Assembly: GCA_963745835.1 (NCBI GenBank)
Contig: CAVUZH010000018.1
Location: 1 to 64,000, forward strand
Direction: 5' to 3'
Length of the DNA: 64,000 nucleotides
Origin: an uncultured delta proteobacterium
Lineage (GTDB): Bacteria > Desulfobacterota > Binatia > UBA9968
Shown here in pieces: positions 1 to 9,332 of this stretch (position 1 is the first letter of the stretch; each line of letters opens with the position of its first letter). Made by a program: the position numbers and the translations under genes. The notes beneath the pieces are model-generated. The model saw nothing but the letters and a program-made list of their open reading frames with translations. It was not told the origin of the DNA and did not search any database.

Positions 1-80
1 CCGACTATCAGTGTCTTAGCCACCGTTCTACGAATCACTTGTTCTTCCACTGTCGTCCCTTGTCCGCTTTCTGTCCGCTT

Positions 81-404
81 CTATTTTCCCAGGTACGCAA
101 CAACCCCACGTGTTTCAGATTGTCTGTCCAAATGCGTCTGCAGTTGTCCGGCAGCTTCACGAAGGTCAGTTTCGCTGACGATATCATAACAATCAAATAC
201 ATTGCGGGTTTTGTGGCCGGTGATTGCCATAGCAACTCGTTCTGAAATGGAGGCTCTCACCATGTTTCGGACTGCAGTTCGCCGAAGATCATGGACTAGA
301 GTGCCTTTCAGCCCCACATTCTCACACGCCGTTTTCCAGGCTTTTTTAAAGTCGCCAATCGGCTTTCCTTTGTTGTGAAACACTGCAGGACAATCAGTAA
401 GTCC
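81..404 (-). pseudogene. Tyrosine recombinase/phage integrase, C-terminal fragment only
   Basis: HDLRRT (H-x-x-R), GHKT and catalytic Tyr region (VFDCYDIV); in-frame TGA at about 405-407 and no N-terminal domains. Confidence 0.85.
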
Positions 405-455
405 TCAGCCGGATCTCGCAAATTCGAAATTGGTCGGGTAGGCTAACTCGCGGTT

Positions 456-1238
456 ATGCATTTGAGAAATACATCCGTTCTTCTGAGTTTGGCAGCGGCA
501 ATTCTAATTACTTTTAGTAACGTTCATGCTGGACGGCCTTTGGTCATCGACGACGCAGCACCAGTACCAGTAAATCATATCGAGCTAGAACTTGGTCTTT
601 ACGGCAAGCGTTTTGATTCTGGCGAACGAGAGCACACACGACCAGCCATTGGCCTGGCTTACGGCCTTTACCCTGAAGTTGAAATAGGAATGACACTTCG
701 ACGAGTAGACCGCCATGGGGCAGAATCACACTCGCATGGATTTGAAGACCTTCATTTAACGACGAAGTATCGAATAATTGAAGAAAGCCCGTCTATTCCA
801 GCATTCGCCATTGACCTAGACATAAAATTGCCCACCGCGAATCGAAGCAAGGATCTCTCGACCGGGAAGTCCGATCAGAGCTTTAGAATGAGCTTCACGA
901 AGAACCTATATTCAGTTGCTGCTCACCTAAATCTCGGCTACGCCGTGATCCAGAGTCCATCCGGTGACAAGCTCAAGAATAGAATTCATGGTGGCGCGGC
1001 AACCGAATGGCTATTCCGACCTGGTTTGGCTTTTGTCGCTGAAATCTTTGCCGCATCTCGCCAAGCGCAAGGTCTCTCCAATGAGCTGGAGTTCCAGCTC
1101 GGAGTAAAATACGCACATACCCCACAGCTCGTGCTCGATACGGCCATTGGAAGAAGCCTTCGTAGTATCGGCACAAGAGTTCAAGGCACGATTGGGTTCA
1201 CTTGGATGTTCGACGTAACGACGCTATTTACTCGATGA
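456..1238 (+). CDS. Secreted/outer-membrane beta-barrel 'transporter' (MetA-pathway-of-phenol-degradation-like family)
   Basis: Signal peptide, AGRPLVIDDA start of mature protein, amphipathic beta strands, aromatic C-terminal strand. Confidence 0.6.
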   Translation: MHLRNTSVLLSLAAAILITFSNVHAGRPLVIDDAAPVPVNHIELELGLYGKRFDSGEREHTRPAIGLAYGLYPEVEIGMTLRRVDRHGAESHSHGFEDLHLTTKYRIIEESPSIPAFAIDLDIKLPTANRSKDLSTGKSDQSFRMSFTKNLYSVAAHLNLGYAVIQSPSGDKLKNRIHGGAATEWLFRPGLAFVAEIFAASRQAQGLSNELEFQLGVKYAHTPQLVLDTAIGRSLRSIGTRVQGTIGFTWMFDVTTLFTR

Positions 1239-1534
1239 TGGTTGAACAGAACATACCACGATCATTGCCCTCCGTCAGTTTATAATGCGATGGCGATCAC
1301 TCCTTTCCGAACAACGCTACCGGCTCATCTAGGACTCTCAGTCCAAATCGATTTCTTCCGTTTACGGAATCCCCCCTTCAGCGGTAGCGGCAGGTCTAGC
1401 CAACCGCAAGCCCAGTCCGTGAAGCTGGGCGCTAGCCAACTTGCCTAAGCCCTTCAAGTAGGAAGGGCAAAGGTAAAACGGCTACAGCAAGCCTTTATCG
1501 CTGAAGGAAAAGAACCGCTGATCTTCACCAAGCA

Positions 1535-1707
1535 CGTGGTTCCGGTATTGATCACGAGCTGCCAAGTATCGCTGTAACCAAACAGCGGCCCTGAAAGCTC
1601 CCCAGATGATTATGGTCAGCAAAGCAAGAGTAAAGCTGATGGGGTGTCCGCGCAGCTTCTGCTATCCACTTTGAAAAGTCTGTAAACCAGGCGAGCGGCT
1701 TTTCCAT
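1535..1707 (-). pseudogene. Low-affinity iron permease (Fet4-like) N-terminal remnant with two frameshifts
   Basis: Manual translation: MEKPLAWFTDFSKWIAEAA / GHPISFTLALLTIIIWGA / SGPLFGYSDTWQLVINTGTT; WQLVINTGTT is the family signature. Confidence 0.8.
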
Positions 1708-1767
1708 GTTGATCTCATTTCCAACAAAGCGGCTTTTCTGTCAAAAGCGTACATTTTTGTCAATTTT

Positions 1768-2352
1768 TTGATGTTCTTCGGATCAAAGCCTGCCTCGATT
1801 GTCAAGAAATCCACTAAGTTACCATTGGTTCGTTTATTGCTCGCTAGCGGGGCAAATAATCCAAGAGAGGAAGGACTCATCATCGATACGACGACTATTG
1901 ACCTAAACGAATTGCGCAACCAAGTGGTTGACCGGAAATTGAGGACAAAAAACTCGATGGAGCTTACAAGACGTTTGATCGACCAGAGTTTTGTCCGATT
2001 CAAAGTATCTCACAGCTTGCTTTACGCAGCACAACAATCCAAAGAACGGCTGGATCGAGTACTGAAAGCAATGGACTCAAGCAAGGTAAGCCATGAAGTA
2101 TTAGCTGCTCCTGTGGTTGCTAAGAAGCGTCCGGTGCTTGAGTCGTCGAAAAGGGCAGCAGGTATAATATGCGATCATTGCGAGGGTATACTCTTCAATA
2201 AAAAAGCATACCGCGTGTGGACGGAAGACGATGGAGTGATCTTGCTAGATATAATCGTATGCTACGCTTGTAAATTGGAGGCGCAGAAACTCGGCCTCAA
2301 GACTGAACGAGTTGAAGATCAGTACGCCACCAAAGCTAAGTATCCTAAATAG
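1768..2352 (+). CDS. Hypothetical protein with C-terminal CxxC...CxxC (true start probably internal)
   Basis: ORF with CDHC and CYAC motifs; 5' part overlaps AT-rich regulatory-looking sequence. Confidence 0.45.
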   Translation: MMFFGSKPASIVKKSTKLPLVRLLLASGANNPREEGLIIDTTTIDLNELRNQVVDRKLRTKNSMELTRRLIDQSFVRFKVSHSLLYAAQQSKERLDRVLKAMDSSKVSHEVLAAPVVAKKRPVLESSKRAAGIICDHCEGILFNKKAYRVWTEDDGVILLDIIVCYACKLEAQKLGLKTERVEDQYATKAKYPK

Positions 2353-2417
2353 AAAAATGATTCTCAGGTGGTCGCTGGCATGTCAGACTTCAGACGCCGA
2401 TGTCCCTTAAGCAATTC

Positions 2418-2714
2418 TTATTGGTTGTGCTCTTCGTTAGAAGAACCGCCGAGTGGAGCCGTCTTCAAATCAGCTTGCAATGAGGCTTTCCTCTCTTGCT
2501 CTACCCAGGATTTAGCAGCTACCAGTCCGGCTTTCTCGGCGTCTTCGAAACCATCGAATAGTACTGGTGAGGTCGTGACAAAATGGAACCGAGTAATACT
2601 TCCGCTATCGCTCCAGCTAACGGTAGCAGCATATTTCCACTTGCCGCTACCTTGGTCATAACCAGCTGTACTGACAAGTGTACGGTGGTGATAAATCATG
2701 ATAGCCATGCCCAA
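2418..2714 (-). CDS. Small hypothetical protein, paralog 1 of 3
   Basis: Shares Y-x-x-(H/R)...W...VSW...F...A...W-V-(D/E) pattern with 3446-3691 and 4064-4444. Confidence 0.65.
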   Translation of the reverse strand: MGMAIMIYHHRTLVSTAGYDQGSGKWKYAATVSWSDSGSITRFHFVTTSPVLFDGFEDAEKAGLVAAKSWVEQERKASLQADLKTAPLGGSSNEEHNQ

Positions 2715-2763
2715 CTACCTGGAAAGAATCCCGAAATACAGGGCGAACTTTGAGGCCGTCTGA

Positions 2764-2952
2764 TTAATCCCTAGCAAAACGCAAGGGTTTCTCGGAACCC
2801 GAATGAACTTTGCTTTCAAATTCCTTTACATACTCATCCAATAAGAATTGCGCTTCCTGTTCCGAAAGACTCCCGTTCTTCCGCGCAGTAGATATAGATT
2901 TTCCCCAGATCCGCAGTTCAAGTTCTTTCCGATCCACTGTAGCCTCATCCAA
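2764..2952 (-). CDS. Small hypothetical protein
   Basis: 62-aa ORF with protein-like charged helical composition, co-oriented with neighbours. Confidence 0.4.
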   Translation of the reverse strand: MDEATVDRKELELRIWGKSISTARKNGSLSEQEAQFLLDEYVKEFESKVHSGSEKPLRFARD

Positions 2953-2961
2953 CCCGACGTA

Positions 2962-3060
2962 TCAGACGTCTTTTGCCGACGATCCTGCTAGGAAGCGCAT
3001 TAACCATACAATCAATCCTACGAACAGCGTAACAACAACGACCCCAAGAACTTCGACCAT
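2962..3060 (-). CDS. Possible 32-aa single-pass membrane peptide (MVEVLGVVVVTLFVGLIVWLMRFLAGSSAKDV)
   Basis: ATG at 3060, one clean hydrophobic helix; the longer listed ORF overlaps a receiver pseudogene on the other strand. Confidence 0.35.
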   Translation of the reverse strand: MVEVLGVVVVTLFVGLIVWLMRFLAGSSAKDV

Positions 3061-3385
3061 CTTTGTAAGCTCCTCGGCGGTGAAGGCTATATAATCCGTG
3101 AAACATCGAATGGCGCTGAGGCGCTTGAGAAAATTGCCGCAGAGAGTTTCGATCTTGTGGTCACAGACTTTGTTATGCCGCACATCGATGGACTTCGGCT
3201 TGTCGAATTAGTCCACGATAAATGGCCACAGCTGCCGGTGACTTTAATTCAGGATATCGATCCGCCAACGCAGGAGACATAATTCTGGAAGGAAGAGCGG
3301 TGAGATAATTACTAAGCCAATAAACCTGGATGAATTGTTAAAAGCCGTCAAGCGGGTTCTGTTAGCCAAGCCAGTACGTGGCTAG
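3061..3385 (+). pseudogene. CheY-like response-regulator receiver domain, N-terminally truncated with two frameshifts
   Basis: Manual translation: LLGGEGYIIRETSNGAEALEKIAAESFDLVVTDFVMPHIDGLRLVELVHDKWPQLPVTLI / SGY... / EIITKPINLDELLKAVKRVL; first beta strand with the DD pair is absent. Confidence 0.85.
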
Positions 3386-3445
3386 AATCATTGCTTGTTC
3401 TTCCGTCTATCAGCTATAGCACTTCAACTTTCATTGCGGCGGCAC

Positions 3446-3691
3446 CTAGCCTGCTGCGAACGAAGAATTAAGATCAAGCCGCTTATCGACCCAGGTCTTT
3501 CCAACTTCAATCGCGCACAGTTCCGCCTCCTCCTTACTGTCAAATTGCCGAAACCAATTCTTGATCGGACGCAACTTCTGGCGATCATCCTCAAACCACG
3601 AGACGACGACCGACCAAGTCCACCGGTGTGTGAATTTATGAGGAACTGTAGAAATGACAATACGGTGATTCTTATACAGCAGACTGGCCAT
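3446..3691 (-). CDS. Small hypothetical protein, paralog 2 of 3
   Basis: MASLLYKNHRIVI...W...VSW...FDSKEEAE...KTWVD. Confidence 0.65.
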   Translation of the reverse strand: MASLLYKNHRIVISTVPHKFTHRWTWSVVVSWFEDDRQKLRPIKNWFRQFDSKEEAELCAIEVGKTWVDKRLDLNSSFAAG

Positions 3692-4063
3692 CGAGGACTC
3701 CTAATTCAAGCTACCGGTCCTGGCTGGCCGTTTAAGCGAGAAAAAAGACTTTGTGCGAGATCATCCTACGTCTGTTATGAAGTTTTGTCGAGAGTAGAAA
3801 TTAAAGTGTCCGCAAGACTGATCCGAATAGCACAGACACACTGTCAGAGAGCAGTACCGAAGATTAAAAAGCGGCTCACTTTACCTCCAAAGCGCATAGG
3901 TGCTTTGAATCCCTAGATGCGAGACAGAACGAAGCGGTTAGAAAGTGTCTAATCTTAGACAGCAATCAATCATTGACTCGGCGAGGGTAGCTGTGGAGGG
4001 AACAAAGCCTATGGAACATTATTCTAAACGGCCAGCCAGAGCCTCAACATAGGAGTTCCGCGC

Positions 4064-4444
4064 ATGACTGCCTCAATCTACAGAAAACATACTTTGTTCT
4101 CTCGACCGTACTACGATGATGAGCTTGAAGGCTGGATGCCTTACGCTAGTGTTGTTCAGGACGTTTTCATCGATGGTGACCAGAACAACTTTTATTATCA
4201 TGAAATGAAGAACCTCAATCAGAGCTTCGAGACTGAAGAGCAAGCGTTGTGTTTCGGCTTCATCAGTGGTCGGTGTTGGATTGACGAACATCTCTCCCAT
4301 GCGGCTGTGAAGTCAAAGGCTATCTACGCTCGTTGTGCGGTATTGTTGTTGCTTTCTATGCAGCTACCGAACCTGGCAGTCAGAGACATCGAAGATCGAT
4401 CCGAAGCTTTGAGGTCCAGGATTATGGAACTACTCGCGTCGTAG
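4064..4444 (+). CDS. Small hypothetical protein, paralog 3 of 3
   Basis: AGGAG RBS upstream; SIYRKHTL...GW...FETEEQA...RCWID. Confidence 0.65.
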   Translation: MTASIYRKHTLFSRPYYDDELEGWMPYASVVQDVFIDGDQNNFYYHEMKNLNQSFETEEQALCFGFISGRCWIDEHLSHAAVKSKAIYARCAVLLLLSMQLPNLAVRDIEDRSEALRSRIMELLAS

Positions 4445-4996
4445 TGCACTGAAGGTGCCCTGACAATGACCGCATGGCTGTTTACGGCAGGTAAAACGCT
4501 GACGAACCGTTCTGAAATCCTGAACCTGGACCGTTTAAGAGTCTCACAACCTAACGCTTGCCCTAGCTATCTCCTTGCTCTCTGCTGGATCATCTTTTCC
4601 AATTCTCTTAGCTGAAGAGGCTTTTCGATGTAGGCAGCGCCCAGAGCCTCTTAGAACTCTCTAAATTGCCTGAAAACTCTCTAAAGGATATAGTAACTAT
4701 TTGAATCGAGCAGGATAGCTCGTGTAGTTCAAAAATGGTTTCACAACGATTAATAGCTGTGCTATGGTTTCTCTCGCTCACTTGGTTCAACTTTTCTTAG
4801 TCATTGTCTTCACTCACATCGTTCAGCACACCGTTCCGAATAAGAAAGCTTATTCCAGGTGAGGCACCTGCTGTGTCCGTGTTTTGTCCGTGATCTAAAA
4901 GCAACAAGCCCCAAAAGCTGCCGGTCAAGCAAGCAATTGGGGCTTGAAATTACTGGTCTTCGTCGGATGTTCTAGGCGGCTCGTGCAGGCTTAACT

Positions 4997-5044
4997 TGAT
5001 TCGTAATCAGTAGGTCGCCGGTTCGACTCCGGCGGGTGGCTCCA
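4997..5044 (+). repeat. 3' half of tRNA-Thr(CGT), probable attR site
   Basis: tga-TTCGTAA-tcag anticodon arm, T-arm gccgg-TTCGACT-ccggc, acceptor 3' strand ending TCCA; no D-arm or complementary 5' acceptor strand upstream. Confidence 0.85.
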
Positions 5045-5056
5045 ATACCCGAGTCG

Positions 5057-5107
5057 GCCGCGGAAATCCCGGCGCCTTGATTAGCAATGGAGCTTTCCGC
5101 GGCTTTT
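5057..5107 (+). terminator. Hairpin plus T-tract downstream of the tRNA 3' end
   Basis: gccgcggaaa (5057-5066) / tttccgcggc (5094-5103) followed by tttt. Confidence 0.45.
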
Positions 5108-5155
5108 CTCACCTTCTATGATGCACGTGTGGGCGGCCGCGGATTTCGGCCGCTA

Positions 5156-5184
5156 TTGACGAAAAGTCGGTGGAGCAATAAAAC
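5156..5184 (+). promoter_or_regulatory. Putative sigma70 promoter of the phc-like operon
   Basis: TTGACG-N17-TAAAAC, 31 nt before the ATG. Confidence 0.4.
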
Positions 5185-5215
5185 AAATCGACCTTGATGG
5201 AGTACTGCTCTGTCT

Positions 5216-6646
5216 ATGAAGAGTCACGACAACCTGCTCGGGTCTCCTGCAGCCGAGAGTGACAGCATCATCCTCTGCTCCACCAGCCAAGGTTACAACG
5301 TCAGAGCCACCCCGCTTCGAATAACACGCGATGTGGTGGTTTTCGAAGTGTACAATCCCTACAGCATTCTTCAGCTCTCCGAGGTTTTAACAGCGTTTAA
5401 AATAATCGTTAACGATCAGTCGATTTATTCCGGTCGTGCAACGGTGAGTAATCTGGTTAACACAGGGATTATGCTCGTCTGTGAAGCCAGCCTCGAAGAT
5501 GGCTGGTCGGACATCGATCTTCTCAGCCTGGTATCTCAGCCAACCAAATTGCGCGCGGATTTCAGAAGCTTTCTCCGACAATGCGAGAGGATTCATAGCA
5601 TTCAACCCCAGTACAAAGTGGTTGTCGCAGATATGCAGAACTATTTCACAGAGCTCAAGCGTTGGCTCGAGCACGTTGAATTAGGTATCCGCTCCTTGCC
5701 GTCCGGCGACCGTTCGAAAACGGAATCTTCGGTGATTGATGAATTAGCTCCTAACCTTTTGCCATCCATCGACTCACTATTCGGGCGTTTTGAAGAAACA
5801 GCCGCCGACGTGCCGGTACAACTTCTACCAAGCCATAGAAACTATGCTAAGCGGCAGCTTCACCCCCATCTACTATGCTCCCCCTTCGCCTACCGAACCT
5901 ACCACAAGCCGTTAGGCTATGCGGGTGATTATGAGATGGTGAACATGATCCTGAGAGATCCGAATGAGGGAAGCACTCTGTTTTCCAAGATCATAAACGC
6001 CTGGTTCCTGAGCCAAAGTCCGGCGGGAGCACACCGGAATCGCATCAGTTATCTAACGCGGCTTTTGGTAGGTGAAACTTCGCGTGTGCGACGTAACAAT
6101 AAGGTGGCGAAAATCTTCAACCTTGGATGTGGGCCAGCTAGCGAGATCCAGAATTTCCTCATTCAGGATGAAGTATGCAATGACGCCGCGTTCGTCTTAC
6201 TGGATTTTAATGAAGAAACCGTTCAACACACGGGCAGGGTTCTTGAAAATCTTAAGACTAAATACAACCGTAAAACCAGCATTGAGGTTATAAAAAAATC
6301 CGTTCACCACGTTCTCAAGCAAGTGCATCGTCCGACGCCGGGCTATGACATGGTGTATTGCGCTGGAATCTTTGACTATCTCTCGGATCGGATATGCAAG
6401 CAGCTAATGAACATTTTTTACGAGCTGCTTGAACCTGGAGGACTGCTCGTTGCCACCAATGTGGAATCTTCTAATCCGTCACGAAACGGCATGGAGTATT
6501 TACTGGAATGGCATCTGATCTATCGCACTCCGCTTCAACTCCAAGGCTTAATCCCGGATCGGGCTCCTCCCCGAAGTTTCACTCTTAAAACCGATGACAC
6601 TGGTATCAATGTATTCCTCGAGGTAAGAAAGCCCGATGACGCCTGA
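5216..6646 (+). CDS. phcB: PhcB-like SAM-dependent methyltransferase (3-hydroxy fatty acid methyl ester signal synthase family)
   Basis: KPLGYAGDY motif, NLGCGPA SAM motif I, YCAGIFDYL, W-x-LIYR; about 470 aa; directly upstream of kinase and receiver genes. Confidence 0.75.
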   Translation: MKSHDNLLGSPAAESDSIILCSTSQGYNVRATPLRITRDVVVFEVYNPYSILQLSEVLTAFKIIVNDQSIYSGRATVSNLVNTGIMLVCEASLEDGWSDIDLLSLVSQPTKLRADFRSFLRQCERIHSIQPQYKVVVADMQNYFTELKRWLEHVELGIRSLPSGDRSKTESSVIDELAPNLLPSIDSLFGRFEETAADVPVQLLPSHRNYAKRQLHPHLLCSPFAYRTYHKPLGYAGDYEMVNMILRDPNEGSTLFSKIINAWFLSQSPAGAHRNRISYLTRLLVGETSRVRRNNKVAKIFNLGCGPASEIQNFLIQDEVCNDAAFVLLDFNEETVQHTGRVLENLKTKYNRKTSIEVIKKSVHHVLKQVHRPTPGYDMVYCAGIFDYLSDRICKQLMNIFYELLEPGGLLVATNVESSNPSRNGMEYLLEWHLIYRTPLQLQGLIPDRAPPRSFTLKTDDTGINVFLEVRKPDDA

Positions 6647-9323
6647 CGTTCCGAGCCAGCACGAAGAGGAATTTGAGCAAGCGTTTATCTCGCGCGAACG
6701 TCAAGATCGCATTCGCAGCGGAAAAGTCGCTTGCGCTTTGGTGATGTTCCTTATGCCCGCGGGAGTCATCCTGGACCTCTGGGTTTATCCGGAACGAGTC
6801 CGCGAATTTTTTCAGCTGCGCTTAATCTGCTCGGTAGTGGCAGCGAGCTGGTGGACTCTTCACCAAACGTCTTTTGGCCTGCGGCATTACCGCTTGCTCG
6901 GTGTTCCGATAGCTATTCTTCCGGGATTCTTTATCGCTTGGATGATCTCAGTCACCGAAGGTCCAGCCTCACCTTATTACGCCGGACTGATTCTCGTGCT
7001 TCTTGCGGTCAATGCGATCGTGCACTGGAGTACGGTCGAGTCTTTGTTGGCTCTGGCGGCTCTTTATCTTTTTTACCTGGTGGCTTGCGCCCGCTGGCCC
7101 ATCGCGGAAGAGCAGGGAATATTTTTTAACAATATCTATTTCTTGGTGCTTACAGGAATTATCGTGGTGATCGGCAATTATCTCTACAATCAGCTCCAGC
7201 TCCGCGAGTTCGTGTTGCGCTTCGAGTTGAGCCAAAACCGACGAACACTTGAAGAAGCCAATCAGAAGCTAATTGAATTGGACCGCGTCAAGAGCCAATT
7301 CTTCGCCAATGTGAGCCATGAGCTGCGAACGCCGCTGACTTTGTTGTTGACCCCGCTGCAAAGCCTAATCCAGGAGCATAAATCGGAGCTAGCGTCGCCC
7401 ACCCGGGACTTGCTGCTGATCATGCAGAGCAACGGCATGCGACTTTTGAAGCTAATCAACGATTTGTTGGACCTCGTACGGCTAGAATCCGGCAAAATGG
7501 AGGTTAATTCAGAGCCGGTGGACATCGAACGCCTCGTTCACGGAGTTGCCAACGCAGTAAAAAACACCGCTCAAGATCGCGCCATCGACGTTGAGGTAAT
7601 GATCGACCACAATGTTGGCACAGTGGTCGCCGATAGCGATAAACTCGAAAGGATTTTGCTGAATCTGCTGTTTAATGCGATCAAGTTTACGCCTGCGGGC
7701 GGGAGCGTTGAAATCGGGGTGACGCGCGCCGAACGCGAATTGCTCCTGGTGATTTCCGACACTGGTGCAGGAATCAGCCAGGAACAGCTGCCGTTTATTT
7801 TCGACCGCTTCTGGCAAGCGGATACCTCGGCGGAACGAAAGAACCAAGGATTAGGTATAGGGCTCGCACTGGTGCGAGAGCTGGTTGAAATTCAGGACGG
7901 TCACGTGAGTGTCGACAGCGAGCTTGGCAAAGGAACCCGATTTACCATCCGGTTGCCGTATAACGAGATAGATCACAGATCCACCGATGGCGCAAAGCAA
8001 ACTGAACCATCCGACAGCCACGCATCGCCCCGAGTTTCATCACGCTCGGATAGCAGTGACAACAAGCTGGGCGAGATCGATCGACAGGCCGAGCTTTACC
8101 CATCGATGGCACTTCTCAGAGCAAGTCTTCGGCCCGTGGGGAACGACACGGACAGCAAAAAACCGCGGGTTCTGATTGCTGATGATGAACCGGACATGCT
8201 GCTGTATTTGCAATCACAGTTAAGCCTAAACTTCCAAGTGATCGAGGCGGTCGACGGCCGCCAGGCGATTGAGAAAGCGAGCCAATTTTTACCAGATGTG
8301 ATCGTCTGCGACATGATGATGCCGGAAAAGAGCGGCCTCGAGGTTTGCCGCGAGCTTAGGGAGCGCACTCATACGAAGTCGACTCCCATTCTGATGCTTA
8401 CCGCCAGGGCCGACGAGGAAACTAAGCTTACGGCATTAGCCGCGGGAGCAAACGATTTCATCACTAAACCGTTCTCCACGACCGAGCTACGGGTTCGATT
8501 AAAGAACCTGGTGGACACATTTCATTTACACCAAAAATTGGTGCGGCAAAATCAAATTCTCGAAGCGACGATTGAGCAGTTAAAAGAGACGGAGGTGCAA
8601 CTGGTTCATTCAGAGAAGCTAGCTTCGCTTGGTCGAATGAGCGCCGGTATCATCCATGAGATTAACAATCCGCTCAATTACGCAAAAACCGGCCTCTATG
8701 TACTTCGCAACACCATCGAATCGCCAAGCACTGATGAAAAGGAAGCTTCGTTAGAAGTGCTGCAGGATATTCAAGAAGGGATCGATCGAATCGATAGGAT
8801 CGTATCAGATTTACGCATTTTTACTCACCCCAACGTGACGCAAATCGAAAGGATTCAAATCGCGGAGCTGGCGACATCTGCATTACGTTTATTAAGTCAT
8901 GAGCTACAGAACAAGATTAGAATTGAAAACGAGATTTCTAGTGACCAGACAATTTGGGCCAATCGCAACCAGGTTACACAACTGCTGGTAAACCTGCTGC
9001 AAAACGCTGTATATGCCGTGGAAAAAAAGGCGAGCGCGGAAAATCCGCCAACAATTTGGCTGAGGGCCCTCGAAGACTATGAGCATAGTTTGGTTGTTAT
9101 CCGTGACAACGGCGAGGGAATTCCACCGGAGAACCTTCCAAAGATTTTCGATCCATTTTTCACCAGTAAGGATGTCGGAGAAGGTATGGGACTTGGGCTG
9201 AGCATCTGCTATCGTATCATGCAGCAGCACGGAGGATCCATCGAAGTCCGGAGCGAGCGGGGTGTTTACTCGGAGTTTACCTTACGTTTTCCACGTGCGG
9301 CAGACGGCATGGCGGCTGCTTAG
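6636..9323 (+). CDS. Membrane hybrid sensor kinase, PhcS-like, TM-HisKA-HATPase-REC-HisKA-HATPase
   Basis: About 5-6 TM helices; SHELRTP and IHEINNP H-boxes; two N/G1/F/G2 sets; ADDE...CDMMMP...KPF receiver. Confidence 0.9.
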   Translation: MTPDVPSQHEEEFEQAFISRERQDRIRSGKVACALVMFLMPAGVILDLWVYPERVREFFQLRLICSVVAASWWTLHQTSFGLRHYRLLGVPIAILPGFFIAWMISVTEGPASPYYAGLILVLLAVNAIVHWSTVESLLALAALYLFYLVACARWPIAEEQGIFFNNIYFLVLTGIIVVIGNYLYNQLQLREFVLRFELSQNRRTLEEANQKLIELDRVKSQFFANVSHELRTPLTLLLTPLQSLIQEHKSELASPTRDLLLIMQSNGMRLLKLINDLLDLVRLESGKMEVNSEPVDIERLVHGVANAVKNTAQDRAIDVEVMIDHNVGTVVADSDKLERILLNLLFNAIKFTPAGGSVEIGVTRAERELLLVISDTGAGISQEQLPFIFDRFWQADTSAERKNQGLGIGLALVRELVEIQDGHVSVDSELGKGTRFTIRLPYNEIDHRSTDGAKQTEPSDSHASPRVSSRSDSSDNKLGEIDRQAELYPSMALLRASLRPVGNDTDSKKPRVLIADDEPDMLLYLQSQLSLNFQVIEAVDGRQAIEKASQFLPDVIVCDMMMPEKSGLEVCRELRERTHTKSTPILMLTARADEETKLTALAAGANDFITKPFSTTELRVRLKNLVDTFHLHQKLVRQNQILEATIEQLKETEVQLVHSEKLASLGRMSAGIIHEINNPLNYAKTGLYVLRNTIESPSTDEKEASLEVLQDIQEGIDRIDRIVSDLRIFTHPNVTQIERIQIAELATSALRLLSHELQNKIRIENEISSDQTIWANRNQVTQLLVNLLQNAVYAVEKKASAENPPTIWLRALEDYEHSLVVIRDNGEGIPPENLPKIFDPFFTSKDVGEGMGLGLSICYRIMQQHGGSIEVRSERGVYSEFTLRFPRAADGMAAA

Positions 9324-9332
9324 GGAGAGTTT

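Larger units (their letters stand above)
1..5044. mobile_element. Right end of a degenerate tRNA-Thr-targeted integrative element/genomic island (left end outside window)
   Basis: Tyrosine integrase fragment at 81-404, several pseudogenes and small hypothetical ORFs; bounded by a tRNA 3'-half duplicate at 4997-5044. Confidence 0.7.

Noticed and set aside
3395-3916. 173-aa plus-strand ORF
   Set aside because: Antisense shadow of the 3446-3691 paralog with no recognisable motifs
4960-5044. Intact tRNA-Thr gene
   Set aside because: No D-arm and no 5' acceptor strand complementary to GGTGGC; only the 3' half is present
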